Positions 27,502 through 36,676 of a stretch of DNA of 64,000 nucleotides are shown here, piece after piece. Numbering within the stretch: position 1 is the first letter of the stretch; every line of letters begins with the position of its first letter. Position numbers and translations under genes: made by a program. The notes beneath the pieces are model-generated. The model was not told where the DNA came from. It saw only the letters and a program-made list of their open reading frames with translations, and did no database searches. The DNA comes from an uncultured Gemmatimonas sp. (GTDB lineage Bacteria > Gemmatimonadota > Gemmatimonadetes > Longimicrobiales > Gaopeijiaceae): positions 13,720-77,719 of the forward strand of contig CAZBCN010000006.1 in NCBI GenBank assembly GCA_964490285.1. Direction: 5' to 3'.

Positions 27502-28444
27502 CACCCTCGCGACTCCGGTGGCAGTGAAGGGTCTCACACGCCGTTTCGGAGACTTCACAGCGGTGGACGCCCTGACGTTCGACGTTCGGCCGGGCGAGAT
27601 CTTCGGCTTCCTCGGCCCGAACGGCGCCGGCAAGACGACGACCATCAAGATGCTCACCGGATTGCTCGCACCCACCGAAGGCGAGGGTCGCGTGGCGGGG
27701 CTCGATATCCGTACCGAACGACGCGCCATCAAGAGCCGGATCGGATACATGTCCCAGAGGTTCTCCCTCTACACGGACCTGACCGTGCGGGAGAACATCG
27801 ACCTCTTCGCGGGGCTCTACGGAGTCGACGGCGCGCGGCTCGAGGAGCGGCGGCGGTGGATCCTCGACATGTCCGAGCTCTCGGGCGCCGAGGCCCGCCC
27901 CACGGCCGAGCTCCCGCTCGGGTGGAAGCAGAGGCTCGCCCTCGGGTGCGCCATGGTGCACGAGCCCCCCATCCTCTTCCTCGACGAGCCGACGTCGGGC
28001 GTCGATCCCGTGGCGCGCAGGCGCTTCTGGGACCTCATCGACGGCTTGTCCGACCGCGGAACCACGGTCTTCGTTTCCACGCACTACATGGAGGAAGCGG
28101 AGTACTGCCACCGACTCGCGCTGCTCAACCGCGGCCGCTTGATCGCGCTCGACACGCCACGCGCCCTGAGAGCTCGCGTCGTGGAGCCGATCCTCGAGGT
28201 GAAGATCGATGACGCGCCCGGAGCGATCGAGGCGCTGCGCGGAGCCGACGGCGTACTCGACGCTGCGATGTTCGGGCGGACCCTGCATGTGACCGTGGGC
28301 GACGCCGCGACCGGCGCCGACGCAGTGCGGCGAGCCGTCGCCGCAGCAGGTGGCCGCGTCGAGACGGTTGCCCCCGTGGAGCCCTCGCTCGAAGACGTAT
28401 TCGTATCTCTCGTCCGCGCCGAGGGCGGCGCCGTCGTGGGCTGA
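27494..28444 (+). CDS. ABC transporter ATP-binding protein (second half of a YbhF-like pair)
   Basis: Walker A GPNGAGKTT and Walker B LFLDEPTSG. 8-nt overlap with the preceding gene. Confidence 0.9.
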   Translation: MDDTLATPVAVKGLTRRFGDFTAVDALTFDVRPGEIFGFLGPNGAGKTTTIKMLTGLLAPTEGEGRVAGLDIRTERRAIKSRIGYMSQRFSLYTDLTVRENIDLFAGLYGVDGARLEERRRWILDMSELSGAEARPTAELPLGWKQRLALGCAMVHEPPILFLDEPTSGVDPVARRRFWDLIDGLSDRGTTVFVSTHYMEEAEYCHRLALLNRGRLIALDTPRALRARVVEPILEVKIDDAPGAIEALRGADGVLDAAMFGRTLHVTVGDAATGADAVRRAVAAAGGRVETVAPVEPSLEDVFVSLVRAEGGAVVG

Positions 28445-28451
28445 GGGCGAC

Positions 28452-29573
28452 GTGGACCTCGTCCGCCTCCGCGCGATCGCCCGCAAAGAGTGGATTCAGC
28501 TCCGGCGCGACACGCGGAGCATGATCCTCGCGTTCGTCCTTCCGCTCTTCCTCCTCCTCTTCTTCGGGTATGCGATCACGTGGGACGTGAACGACATTCC
28601 CATCGCAGTGCTGGACCTCGACCGCACGCCCGAGAGCCGGTCCCTCGTCGAGGCACTCCAGTCCAGCGGCTACTTCACCGTAACCGAGTACCTGGAGTCG
28701 GCTGCCGAGATCGACATGCGTCTCGTCGGCGACGATGCACTCGGCGTGCTCTGGATTCCGGCGGGTTTCACACGCGACCTGTCGGCGCCCGGAAGACCGG
28801 CCGAGGTGCAATTCCTGCTGGACGGAAGCGACGCGAATACAGCGACGATCGCGCTCAATTACGCCGACGCGATCCTGGCGCGCTACGGCGCACGAGCCGC
28901 GCTCGCTGGCCGCAGACTCGAAGCGCCGGTGTCGCTCGAAGCGCGCACGTGGTACAACCCGAACCTCGAGAGCCGGCACATGATCGTGCCGGGTCTCATC
29001 GCGGTGATCATGTCGATCATCGCCGCCATGCTCACCGCCCTCACGATCGCACGCGAGTGGGAGCGCGGCACCATGGAGCAGCTCGCGGCCACACCGGTGA
29101 GGCGCCTCGAAGTCGTGGTCGGAAAACTCCTCCCCTACTTGGCCATCGGCCTCTTCGACGTGGCCGTCACGGTCCTCGCCGGAATGCTGATCTTCGGCAC
29201 GCCCTTGAATGGCAGCGTGCCCCTCCTGGCGGTGCTGACCCTGCTCTTCCTCGTCGGCGCGCTCGGGCTCGGCATGTTCATCTCGGCGGCCGTGAAGTCT
29301 CAGGTGCTGGCGATGCAGATCGCCATGGTGGCGACGTACCTGCCCGCCGTCCTGCTCTCAGGCTTCATGTTCGACATCGCGAGCATGCCGACCGTGCTGC
29401 GCGGAATCACGTTCCTCATTCCGGCGCGCTACTACGTCACCGTGACCCGCGGGATCTTCCTCAAGGGCGTCGGGGCGGACGTGCTCTGGCCGCAGGCGAT
29501 CTTCATGCTGATCTACGCCGGCCTGGGCCTCGCTCTCGCGACGCGAGCCTTCCGTAAGGAGCTCGAGCCATGA
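28452..29573 (+). CDS. ABC-2 type transporter permease (YbhS/YbhR-like)
   Basis: GTG 28452 chosen. RKEWIQLRRDTRSMILAFVLP start, large periplasmic loop, then 5 C-terminal TM segments. Confidence 0.85.
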   Translation: MDLVRLRAIARKEWIQLRRDTRSMILAFVLPLFLLLFFGYAITWDVNDIPIAVLDLDRTPESRSLVEALQSSGYFTVTEYLESAAEIDMRLVGDDALGVLWIPAGFTRDLSAPGRPAEVQFLLDGSDANTATIALNYADAILARYGARAALAGRRLEAPVSLEARTWYNPNLESRHMIVPGLIAVIMSIIAAMLTALTIAREWERGTMEQLAATPVRRLEVVVGKLLPYLAIGLFDVAVTVLAGMLIFGTPLNGSVPLLAVLTLLFLVGALGLGMFISAAVKSQVLAMQIAMVATYLPAVLLSGFMFDIASMPTVLRGITFLIPARYYVTVTRGIFLKGVGADVLWPQAIFMLIYAGLGLALATRAFRKELEP

Positions 29574-30712
29574 GCACCACGGGAGTTCGGCTCTCCATGT
29601 TGCGTATACGCCGCATGGTGGTCAAAGAGATCCGACAGCTCTTCCGCGACCCACGAACCAAGCGTGTCATCTTCGTTGCGCCCATCATTCAACTCGTCCT
29701 CTTCGGGTACGCGGTCAATACGGACGTCCGGAACGTGGCGATGGCGCTCGTCGACCACGACCGCACCGGCGATTCTCGCGAGCTCGTCGACGCGCTCACG
29801 GCCTCGGGCTACTTCCGGGTCGTGAGCACCTCGGACCGCTCCGCCGACCTCCGGCGGGCGCTCGACGCAGGGGACGCGCTGGTGGGTCTCGAGATTCCCG
29901 TCGGGTACGGGCGGGACCTGGCGGCGGGCCGCGCGCCGTCGGTTCAACTGCTCGTGGACGGCACCAACTCGAACACGGCGACGGTCGCACAAGGGTACGC
30001 GCTTCGCATCGTCGCCAACCTGGGATCGCGCCTGGATGCCGGAGGGCTTCCCGCAGGGGTTGCGTCGCAGCCAGCGATCGACCTGCGGGCCAGAGCCTGG
30101 TTCAACCCGTCTCTCGAGTCTCGCGTCTACAACGTGCCCGCCGTCATCGGGGTGATCGTCCTGCTCATGTGCCTCCTTCTCACCGCCCTGGCGGTGGTGC
30201 GCGAGCGGGAGGTCGGCACGCTGGAGCAGCTCCTGGTGTCGCCGCTCTCCGCGGGGGAGCTCATGCTCGGCAAGACCATCCCCGTCGCCGGCATCGCGCT
30301 CGTCCAGATGGCCCTGGTCACCACCGTAGCCATCCTCTGGTTCGATGTGCCGCTCCGAGGCCCCCTCCCCACGCTCGTCCTCGCCGCCGCGCTCTTCATC
30401 CTCGCAGGGCTCTCCCTCGGCCTCTTCATCTCGACGATCTCCGCGACGCAGCAGGAGGCCTTCCTCGCGATGTTCCTCTTCCTCCTGCCCGCGATCATCT
30501 TGTCCGGCTTCCTCTACCCGATCGACACGATGCCAGAGCTCTTCCAGCGTCTCACGCTGGCCAATCCCCTCAGACACTTCTTGGAGATCGTACGAGGGAT
30601 CTTCCTGCGGGGTGCTGGAGTCGCCGACCTCTGGGTGCAGTTCGTGGTGCTGAGCGGAATGGCCGCGACGGGGCTCGCGGTAGCGACGTGGAGGTTCCGC
30701 AGGACATTATAG
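29570..30712 (+). CDS. ABC-2 type transporter permease (YbhS/YbhR-like)
   Basis: Paralogue of the preceding gene (VKEIRQLFRDPRTKRVIFVAP). ATGA overlap. Confidence 0.85.
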   Translation: MSTTGVRLSMLRIRRMVVKEIRQLFRDPRTKRVIFVAPIIQLVLFGYAVNTDVRNVAMALVDHDRTGDSRELVDALTASGYFRVVSTSDRSADLRRALDAGDALVGLEIPVGYGRDLAAGRAPSVQLLVDGTNSNTATVAQGYALRIVANLGSRLDAGGLPAGVASQPAIDLRARAWFNPSLESRVYNVPAVIGVIVLLMCLLLTALAVVREREVGTLEQLLVSPLSAGELMLGKTIPVAGIALVQMALVTTVAILWFDVPLRGPLPTLVLAAALFILAGLSLGLFISTISATQQEAFLAMFLFLLPAIILSGFLYPIDTMPELFQRLTLANPLRHFLEIVRGIFLRGAGVADLWVQFVVLSGMAATGLAVATWRFRRTL

Positions 30713-30733
30713 GCGCCGCTCCGCACGCCTAGA

Positions 30734-31654
30734 ATGGACTCAGCGACATCCATGGCCACGAACCACCTTCGATTCCTGCGGAGGCTCTGGCATCACATCG
30801 GCCAGGTGAACCAAGGACGGCACCCGATCTATCTCGACTATCCGGTGCATCCCTCTCCCCGATACGGGTGGGGGCGACCCCTCCACCCCAGGCTCAACGA
30901 CCTCATCGCCTCGCAGAGGAGTCGATACGCAGGCATTCTCGACGAACTCGCGCCGTTCGGACGAGGGTTGAGGGCGATCCCCTTCACGACCACCGACGAG
31001 CGCGAGCCTCGTTGGACCAATGCCTACATGGCGGGGCTCGACGCCGCCACGCTGTATGCGTTCCCCAAGCTCTACTCCTCGGCACGCTACCTGGAGATCG
31101 GCTCGGGGAACTCGACCCGCTTCGTGCGTCGGTCGATTCGGGACCACGACCTCACGACGAGGATCACGTCGATCGATCCGAAGCCGCGCGGCTTCGTGGA
31201 CGAGATCTGTGACGAGGTGATCAGGACGAGCCTGGAGGAAGCGCCGCTCGAGATCTTCGACGCGCTGGAGCCGAACGACATCCTGATGCTCGATGGGTCC
31301 CACCGCTGCTATCAGAGCAGCGACGTCACGGTGGCGTTCCTCGAGCTGCTACCGAGGCTCAGACCAGGGGTGCTCGTCTTCATCCACGATATCTTCCTTC
31401 CCAGCGACTACCCCGAGGAGTGGAAGTCGCGGTTCTACTCGGAGCAGTATCTCCTGGCGGTGCTTCTCTTGGCCGACCAAGGGCGCCGATTCGAGGTCTT
31501 GTTCCCCGCGCACTTCTGCGCCACCGACCCGGAGCTGGCACCTCGTACGCTCGAGACCTGGCAGCAGATCGCGCCCGCCGATCGGGAGATCCGGGCGAGC
31601 GGCTTCTGGCTGCGGGTGAAAGAGACCGGAAACGCCGGCCTTGATAATCCTTGA
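30734..31654 (+). CDS. probable class I SAM-dependent methyltransferase
   Basis: YLEIGSGNSTRF (motif I-like) and ILMLDGSHR. Family not verified. Confidence 0.5.
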   Translation: MDSATSMATNHLRFLRRLWHHIGQVNQGRHPIYLDYPVHPSPRYGWGRPLHPRLNDLIASQRSRYAGILDELAPFGRGLRAIPFTTTDEREPRWTNAYMAGLDAATLYAFPKLYSSARYLEIGSGNSTRFVRRSIRDHDLTTRITSIDPKPRGFVDEICDEVIRTSLEEAPLEIFDALEPNDILMLDGSHRCYQSSDVTVAFLELLPRLRPGVLVFIHDIFLPSDYPEEWKSRFYSEQYLLAVLLLADQGRRFEVLFPAHFCATDPELAPRTLETWQQIAPADREIRASGFWLRVKETGNAGLDNP

Positions 31655-31669
31655 AACTTAAATGATATT
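31641..31669 (+). promoter_or_regulatory. sigma70-like promoter TTGATA-17nt-GATATT in an AT-rich patch
   Basis: Read directly. It spans the stop codon of the methyltransferase gene, 37 nt upstream of the dioxygenase ATG. Confidence 0.4.
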
Positions 31670-31705
31670 GGCACGTCATCCCCTCCCGCAATTCGGACGC
31701 ACAGG

Positions 31706-32776
31706 ATGAAGCCGCTCCTCACACAGGGTTTCCACCATATCACGATGGTGTCGACGAACGCGCCCAGAACCCTCGCGTTCTACGGCGGGCTGCTCGGGTT
31801 CGACCTCGTGAAAAAGACGGTCAACTTCGACGACCCGGGTGCCTACCACCTCTACTTCGGACGGGACGGCGGTCGCCCGGGCACGATCCTCACGTTCTTC
31901 GAGTGGGCGCACGCGCGGCGCGGGCACTGGGGCGTAGGCGGCGTGCACCATCTCGCCCTCGGGGTGGCGAGCCCCGAGGCGCAGCTCAAGTGGAAGCGTA
32001 GGCTGACCGACGCCGGCGTGGCCGTGAGCGGACCGATCGACCGTGGCTACTTCCAGAGCCTCTACTTCGCCGACCCGGACGGCCAGGTGCTCGAGATCGC
32101 GACCGCCGGTCCGGGCTACGCGATCGACGAGCCAACCGACGCGCTCGGCCGGCGGTTGGTCGTGCCGCCCGCCGAGCGCCTACCGGGTGGCCGCGACGAA
32201 GCTGCGATCGGGCGGCTCACACACCCCGAGCCGGTGCCGGACGTCACGCCCGACATGGTCCTCGACGGGATCCACCACATCACCGGCATCACCGACGACA
32301 TCGAGCGCGCCGGCGACTTCTACGAGCAGGCCCTCGGGCTCCGGATCGTCAAGAAGACGTTCAACCAGGACGACGAGCGCACCAAGCACTACTTCTGGGC
32401 CCGGTACGACGGCACAACGGTCGGGCCTCACTCGGCCCTGACGCTCTTCGGCTGGGAAGGCTCGCGCTACGTCGCGCGCCCCGGCGCAGGCCAGACGCAC
32501 CACATCGCCTTCCGGACGGAGAGCGCGGAGGAGCAGGCGGCCTGGCGCGAGCGCTTGCTCTCGCTCGGCATCGAGGTCACCACCGTGCGGGACCGCATCT
32601 ATTTCGAGAGCATCTACTTCAACGCCCCCGACGGGCTGCTCCTCGAGATCGCGACGGACGGCCCGGGCTTCGCGATCGACGAGCCGATCCACGAGCTCGG
32701 CGCTGCCTTGAAGCTGCCGTCGTGGCTGGAACCCCGACGACACGATATCGAGCAGAGCCTGGTGGCCCTCGGATGA
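31706..32776 (+). CDS. two-domain VOC/glyoxalase-family ring-cleaving dioxygenase (MhqA/MhqO-like)
   Basis: GFHHITMVSTNAPRTLAFYGGLLGF repeats in the second half as GIHHITGITDDIERAGDFYEQALGL. Confidence 0.85.
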   Translation: MKPLLTQGFHHITMVSTNAPRTLAFYGGLLGFDLVKKTVNFDDPGAYHLYFGRDGGRPGTILTFFEWAHARRGHWGVGGVHHLALGVASPEAQLKWKRRLTDAGVAVSGPIDRGYFQSLYFADPDGQVLEIATAGPGYAIDEPTDALGRRLVVPPAERLPGGRDEAAIGRLTHPEPVPDVTPDMVLDGIHHITGITDDIERAGDFYEQALGLRIVKKTFNQDDERTKHYFWARYDGTTVGPHSALTLFGWEGSRYVARPGAGQTHHIAFRTESAEEQAAWRERLLSLGIEVTTVRDRIYFESIYFNAPDGLLLEIATDGPGFAIDEPIHELGAALKLPSWLEPRRHDIEQSLVALG

Positions 32777-33432
32777 GCTCCGCGAGGCCCGGCCACCGTC
32801 TCGATTTCGACGTGGCGCACGGCTCGGCGGCCGACGGCGCCACGGTCGCCGTGCTCCTGCACGGACGCGGCAGCGACAAGAACGACCTGCAGGGGTTGCG
32901 ACCGCTCCTGCCCGCGGATTGGTCGCTCGTCACGCCACGCGCACCATTCCCCGCGGCGCCCTGGGGCTACGGACCAGGCTATGCCTGGTACCGATACGAG
33001 GAAGAGGACAGGGTCGTGACCGATACGCTCGAGGAGAGTTTGAGCCAGGTCGATGACTTCCTCGGTGCTGCGCGCAAGATCTTGGGATTTCGGCCCGGGC
33101 GAATCATCCTGGGAGGGTTCTCGCAGGGGGGCACCGTCAGCCTGGCCTATGCAATCACCCGACCCGGGGCCGTGACGGCAGTCCTGAATTTCTCAGGCTT
33201 CCTGGCGGCCTGGGTCGAACTCGACGAGTCCGGCGCCGCCCCGCCACCGACACCGATTTTCTGGGGCCACGGCACGGGCGACCCGGCCATTCCGATCGCT
33301 CTGGCGGAGAAGGGTCGGAGCCGACTGCGACGTTCCGGTGCGAAGCTCCTCGCGCGGGACTACCGCGTAGGTCACTGGATCACGGCCGAGGAAGTCGCGG
33401 ACGCCGTCGCGATGGTAGAGAGCCTCGGGTAG
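32773..33432 (+). CDS. phospholipase/carboxylesterase-family alpha/beta hydrolase (MhqD-like)
   Basis: ATGA overlap start. LHGRGSDKNDL, GGFSQGG nucleophile elbow, WGHGTGDPAIP. Confidence 0.8.
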   Translation: MSSARPGHRLDFDVAHGSAADGATVAVLLHGRGSDKNDLQGLRPLLPADWSLVTPRAPFPAAPWGYGPGYAWYRYEEEDRVVTDTLEESLSQVDDFLGAARKILGFRPGRIILGGFSQGGTVSLAYAITRPGAVTAVLNFSGFLAAWVELDESGAAPPPTPIFWGHGTGDPAIPIALAEKGRSRLRRSGAKLLARDYRVGHWITAEEVADAVAMVESLG

Positions 33433-33437
33433 CGCCC

Positions 33438-33935
33438 TTACTTCGTGGAGTCCAGTTGCTGGGGCAGCGTCGTCAGCGTCAGGATCTTGTAGCGACGGAC
33501 GCCCGCGGGGAGATTCACCGTGACCTCCTCACCCGGCTTCGAGCCGAGCAGACCTTTCCCGATGGGAGACGCGAGCGAGACCTGCCCCGCGTCGAGGTCG
33601 ATGAAGTCACCAGCGGTGATGGTGAACGTGAACTCCTCGCCCATCTCGATGTCGGTGATCGTCACCTGCGAGCCGAAGCCGACCCGGTCGTACGCCATCT
33701 GAGTGATGTCGATACGCGAGATTTCCGTCATGCGCGTGGTCAAATGGTTCAGCCGCGCCTCGACGAACGACTGTCGCTCCTTGGCCGCCTTGAATTCGGC
33801 GTTCTCCCTCAGGTCCCCGTGCTCCCTCGCAATCTTGATGCGAACGGGCAGGTCCTGGGTCAGCTCGTTCGTGAGGTTCGCGATCTCCCCTTCGATCTTG
33901 GCGCGGATCTCGTCGAGCATGGAACGGTTCGCCAT
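33438..33935 (-). CDS. greA: transcription elongation factor GreA
   Basis: AREHGDLRENAEFKAAKERQ coiled-coil motif and the C-terminal SPIGKGLLG motif. Confidence 0.9.
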   Translation of the reverse strand: MANRSMLDEIRAKIEGEIANLTNELTQDLPVRIKIAREHGDLRENAEFKAAKERQSFVEARLNHLTTRMTEISRIDITQMAYDRVGFGSQVTITDIEMGEEFTFTITAGDFIDLDAGQVSLASPIGKGLLGSKPGEEVTVNLPAGVRRYKILTLTTLPQQLDSTK

Positions 33936-33938
33936 TCC

Positions 33939-34076
33939 CTATCCCCTCGGGTCCGGGTTCTCGAGCACGGATCGCCGGCGGGCGTCCCGATCGGCCTTCA
34001 CCGCTGCGCGGATCCGCTCGTCCCTCGAGCCCAGGGTCCGGCCGTCTAGCAAGGCACCCGCCAAGGCGTTCGCCAT
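33939..34076 (-). CDS. possible 45-aa upstream ORF coupled to greA
   Basis: MANALAGALLDGRTLGSRDERIRAAVKADRDARRRSVLENPDPRG. AAGAGG lies 9 nt upstream. High GC3. Its stop is 3 nt before the greA ATG. It is the only plausible part of the 307-aa antisense ORF 33939..34862. Confidence 0.25.
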   Translation of the reverse strand: MANALAGALLDGRTLGSRDERIRAAVKADRDARRRSVLENPDPRG

Positions 34077-34150
34077 CGTGCCAAGCCTCTTTCGGGGGTA
34101 ATCTTCGTGCGCACCCGCGCGCGGTAGCTCGGCACGTTGGCGGAAGGGCC

Positions 34151-36520
34151 GTGCAGGATCAAGGGTACACCGCGATCGACCTCCATGGAGCAGCTGGCGT
34201 GACACGTATCGCGAAAGAGTTGGTGTGGCCGGAGGACGAGCCGGAGCTCGTGCCCTTCCTCCCATTCGTCTTTTCGGTGTGGGTCGACGGATCGCTTTCG
34301 GCGCCCGAGCTCGCGGCGCTCGGGCGCACGGTCGATTCGCTCGACTGGCTGCGCCCTCAGGCCCGGAACCTCCTGGCCGCGTGGCTCGATCCCGGGGCAC
34401 CGCCGACGCCCTCGGCGCTTCATTCGCTGCGCTCGCGCATTCGCGGCCGCGTCCCGATCCACGACAAAGAAGCGACACGCTCGCTGACCGGTCTCGGCCT
34501 CGCCCTTTGGCGCCAGTCGTCCGGCACCGGGCCCTGGGAGCGTCCTGAGACGCAGGCAGCACTGCGCGGCCTGGAGAAGGCGCTCGGTCTGCTCGGCGCC
34601 GAGGCGGCGCGGTCGGCGCTCGGGCTCCTACCCGCCACTGCCCCACTTGCCCGGCCCGCCTCGGGCTTCGACGTCCCGACGCTTCGCGCCTATCTCGAGC
34701 GAGACCGCGCCGAGGCTCGGGCGCGTGCGCTCGCAGCCCTGGCCGCGCCAGCGCTGCGCATCCCGCCCGGCCTCCCGACAGCCGAGTACCGCGAGCGTGT
34801 GTTGGAAGCCCTGAGATATCTCGCGGACCAGGGCCTCGGCCGACACGGGTACCCCGTCGCATATGGCGGCTCGGGTGACCCGGCCGCCGCGGTCGCGGTC
34901 TTCGAGACGCTGGCGTTCGGAGACCTGAGCGTGGTGGTGAAGCTGGGGGTGCAGTTCGGGCTCTTCGGCGGGAGCGTGCTCCAGCTCGGCACCGCCCGTC
35001 ATCACGCGGCTTACCTCCGCGCCATCGGCAGCCTCGAGCTGCCGGGCTGCTACGCGATGACCGAGACGGGACATGGATCGAACGTGCGAGATCTCGAAAC
35101 CATCGCGCGCTTCGACCCAGCGACGGACGAGTTGGTCGTCCACACTCCTCACGAGCGTGCGGCGAAGGACTACATCGGCAACGCGGCGGTGCACGGTCGG
35201 ATGGCGACCGTATTCGCGCGCTTGATCGTCGCGGACGAGGACCACGGCGTACACGCCATCCTGGTTCCGCTGCGCGACGAAAAACTCCGGGTCCTGCCCG
35301 GGATCCGCATCGAAGACTGCGGCTTGAAGGCGGGACTCAATGGCGTCGACAACGGCCGCATCTGGTTCGACCACGTGCGCGTGCCGCGCGCCAACCTGCT
35401 CGACCGATTCGGGGCGATCGACGATCGAGGCCGTTACCACAGCGATATTCCGAGCTCGGGCCGACGCTTCTTCCGGATGCTCCGAACCCTCGTGATCGGC
35501 AGGGTGAGCATCGCCGCAGCATCGGTGAGTGCCGCAAAGGTGGGCCTCACGATCGCCGTGCGATACGCCGCCTCGCGGCGTCAGTTCGGCCCCGAAGGAG
35601 CGAACGAGATCCCGATTCTCGACTATCCTCTCGTCCAGCGCGAGCTCATGCCCCGCCTAGCGACCACGCTGGGACTGCACTTCGCGATCCGCCGGCTCGA
35701 GCAGCAGCTGGCCGATGCCGAACGAGCGGACTCCGCCGAGCTCGAGGTCTCGGCAGCGGGCCTCAAGGCCTACGCCTCCGAGCACTGCGTGGTTGCCCTC
35801 CAGGCCAGTCGCGAGGTGTGTGGCGGCGCCGGCTACCTGGCGGAGAATCGCTTCGCGGCCCTCAAGGCGGACACGGACGTGTTCACGACCTTCGAAGGCG
35901 CGAACCTCGTCCTCTATCAGCTGGTGGCCAAGGGGCTCCTCTCCCGCTTCCGCGAGGAGATGGGCGACCTGACGCTCGGCGGCGCGGTACGGTATCTGGC
36001 GGAAAGAGCGGAGACCGCGCTCACCGAGCTCAACCCCCTGGTCACCCGCCGCACGGACGCCGAGCACCTGGTCGACCCGGACTTCCACCGGGCGGCTCTG
36101 GCGTACCGGGAAGCGCGGCTAGTCCGGTCCGCGGCGACGAGAATCCGCGCGCGGCTCGACGAAGGAGTCGACTCCTTCCGCGCAGTCGTGGAGTGTCAGG
36201 ACCATTTGGTGTCGCTTGCGCTCGCGCACGTCGAGCGCGTGGTCCTGGATGCGTTCGAGGAGGCCATCCTGCATGCCCCGACCCCCGGCCTCTCGGAGGT
36301 CCTCGCAGCCGCCTCGGCGCTCTTCACCCTGTCGAGCATCGAGCGCGACCGCGGTTGGTTCCTCGAATCGGGGTACCTGGAGGCTCCGAAGGCGCGGGCG
36401 ATCCGGGCCCGCGTCGGCATCCTCTGCGGGGAGCTCCGGGACCAGGCCGAGCTGCTCGTGGAGGGCTTCGGGATCCCGGACCCGGTCCTCCCCGAGATGG
36501 CCCGGATCGGCGGGCGCTGA
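34151..36520 (+). CDS. acyl-CoA oxidase/dehydrogenase (ACOX-like) with an N-terminal extension of about 200 aa
   Basis: YAMTETGHGSNVRDLET, KDYIGNAA and the C-terminal ACOX-type helical domain. Start is uncertain: GTG 34151, or GTG 34199. Confidence 0.8.
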   Translation: MQDQGYTAIDLHGAAGVTRIAKELVWPEDEPELVPFLPFVFSVWVDGSLSAPELAALGRTVDSLDWLRPQARNLLAAWLDPGAPPTPSALHSLRSRIRGRVPIHDKEATRSLTGLGLALWRQSSGTGPWERPETQAALRGLEKALGLLGAEAARSALGLLPATAPLARPASGFDVPTLRAYLERDRAEARARALAALAAPALRIPPGLPTAEYRERVLEALRYLADQGLGRHGYPVAYGGSGDPAAAVAVFETLAFGDLSVVVKLGVQFGLFGGSVLQLGTARHHAAYLRAIGSLELPGCYAMTETGHGSNVRDLETIARFDPATDELVVHTPHERAAKDYIGNAAVHGRMATVFARLIVADEDHGVHAILVPLRDEKLRVLPGIRIEDCGLKAGLNGVDNGRIWFDHVRVPRANLLDRFGAIDDRGRYHSDIPSSGRRFFRMLRTLVIGRVSIAAASVSAAKVGLTIAVRYAASRRQFGPEGANEIPILDYPLVQRELMPRLATTLGLHFAIRRLEQQLADAERADSAELEVSAAGLKAYASEHCVVALQASREVCGGAGYLAENRFAALKADTDVFTTFEGANLVLYQLVAKGLLSRFREEMGDLTLGGAVRYLAERAETALTELNPLVTRRTDAEHLVDPDFHRAALAYREARLVRSAATRIRARLDEGVDSFRAVVECQDHLVSLALAHVERVVLDAFEEAILHAPTPGLSEVLAAASALFTLSSIERDRGWFLESGYLEAPKARAIRARVGILCGELRDQAELLVEGFGIPDPVLPEMARIGGR

Positions 36521-36676
36521 AGAAAACATTTGTTTTTTGGCCACTGCCCCGGCATTTTCCTGGGGTTCGCCATGTGGGAGAGCCGGGCAAAGCGGTCCCG
36601 GCGCTCCTATATTAGGCGCACCGTGACGTCCGAAAGGCGCGGGGTAAGGCGCCCAAACCGTGTCGGAGGAATTTCC

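Noticed and set aside
36518-36545. AAAACA-TT-TGTTTT palindrome plus a T-run right after the acyl-CoA oxidase stop.
   Set aside because: It could be a weak AT-only terminator or a protein-binding site. A 6-bp A/T stem is too unstable to call, and I have no supporting evidence.
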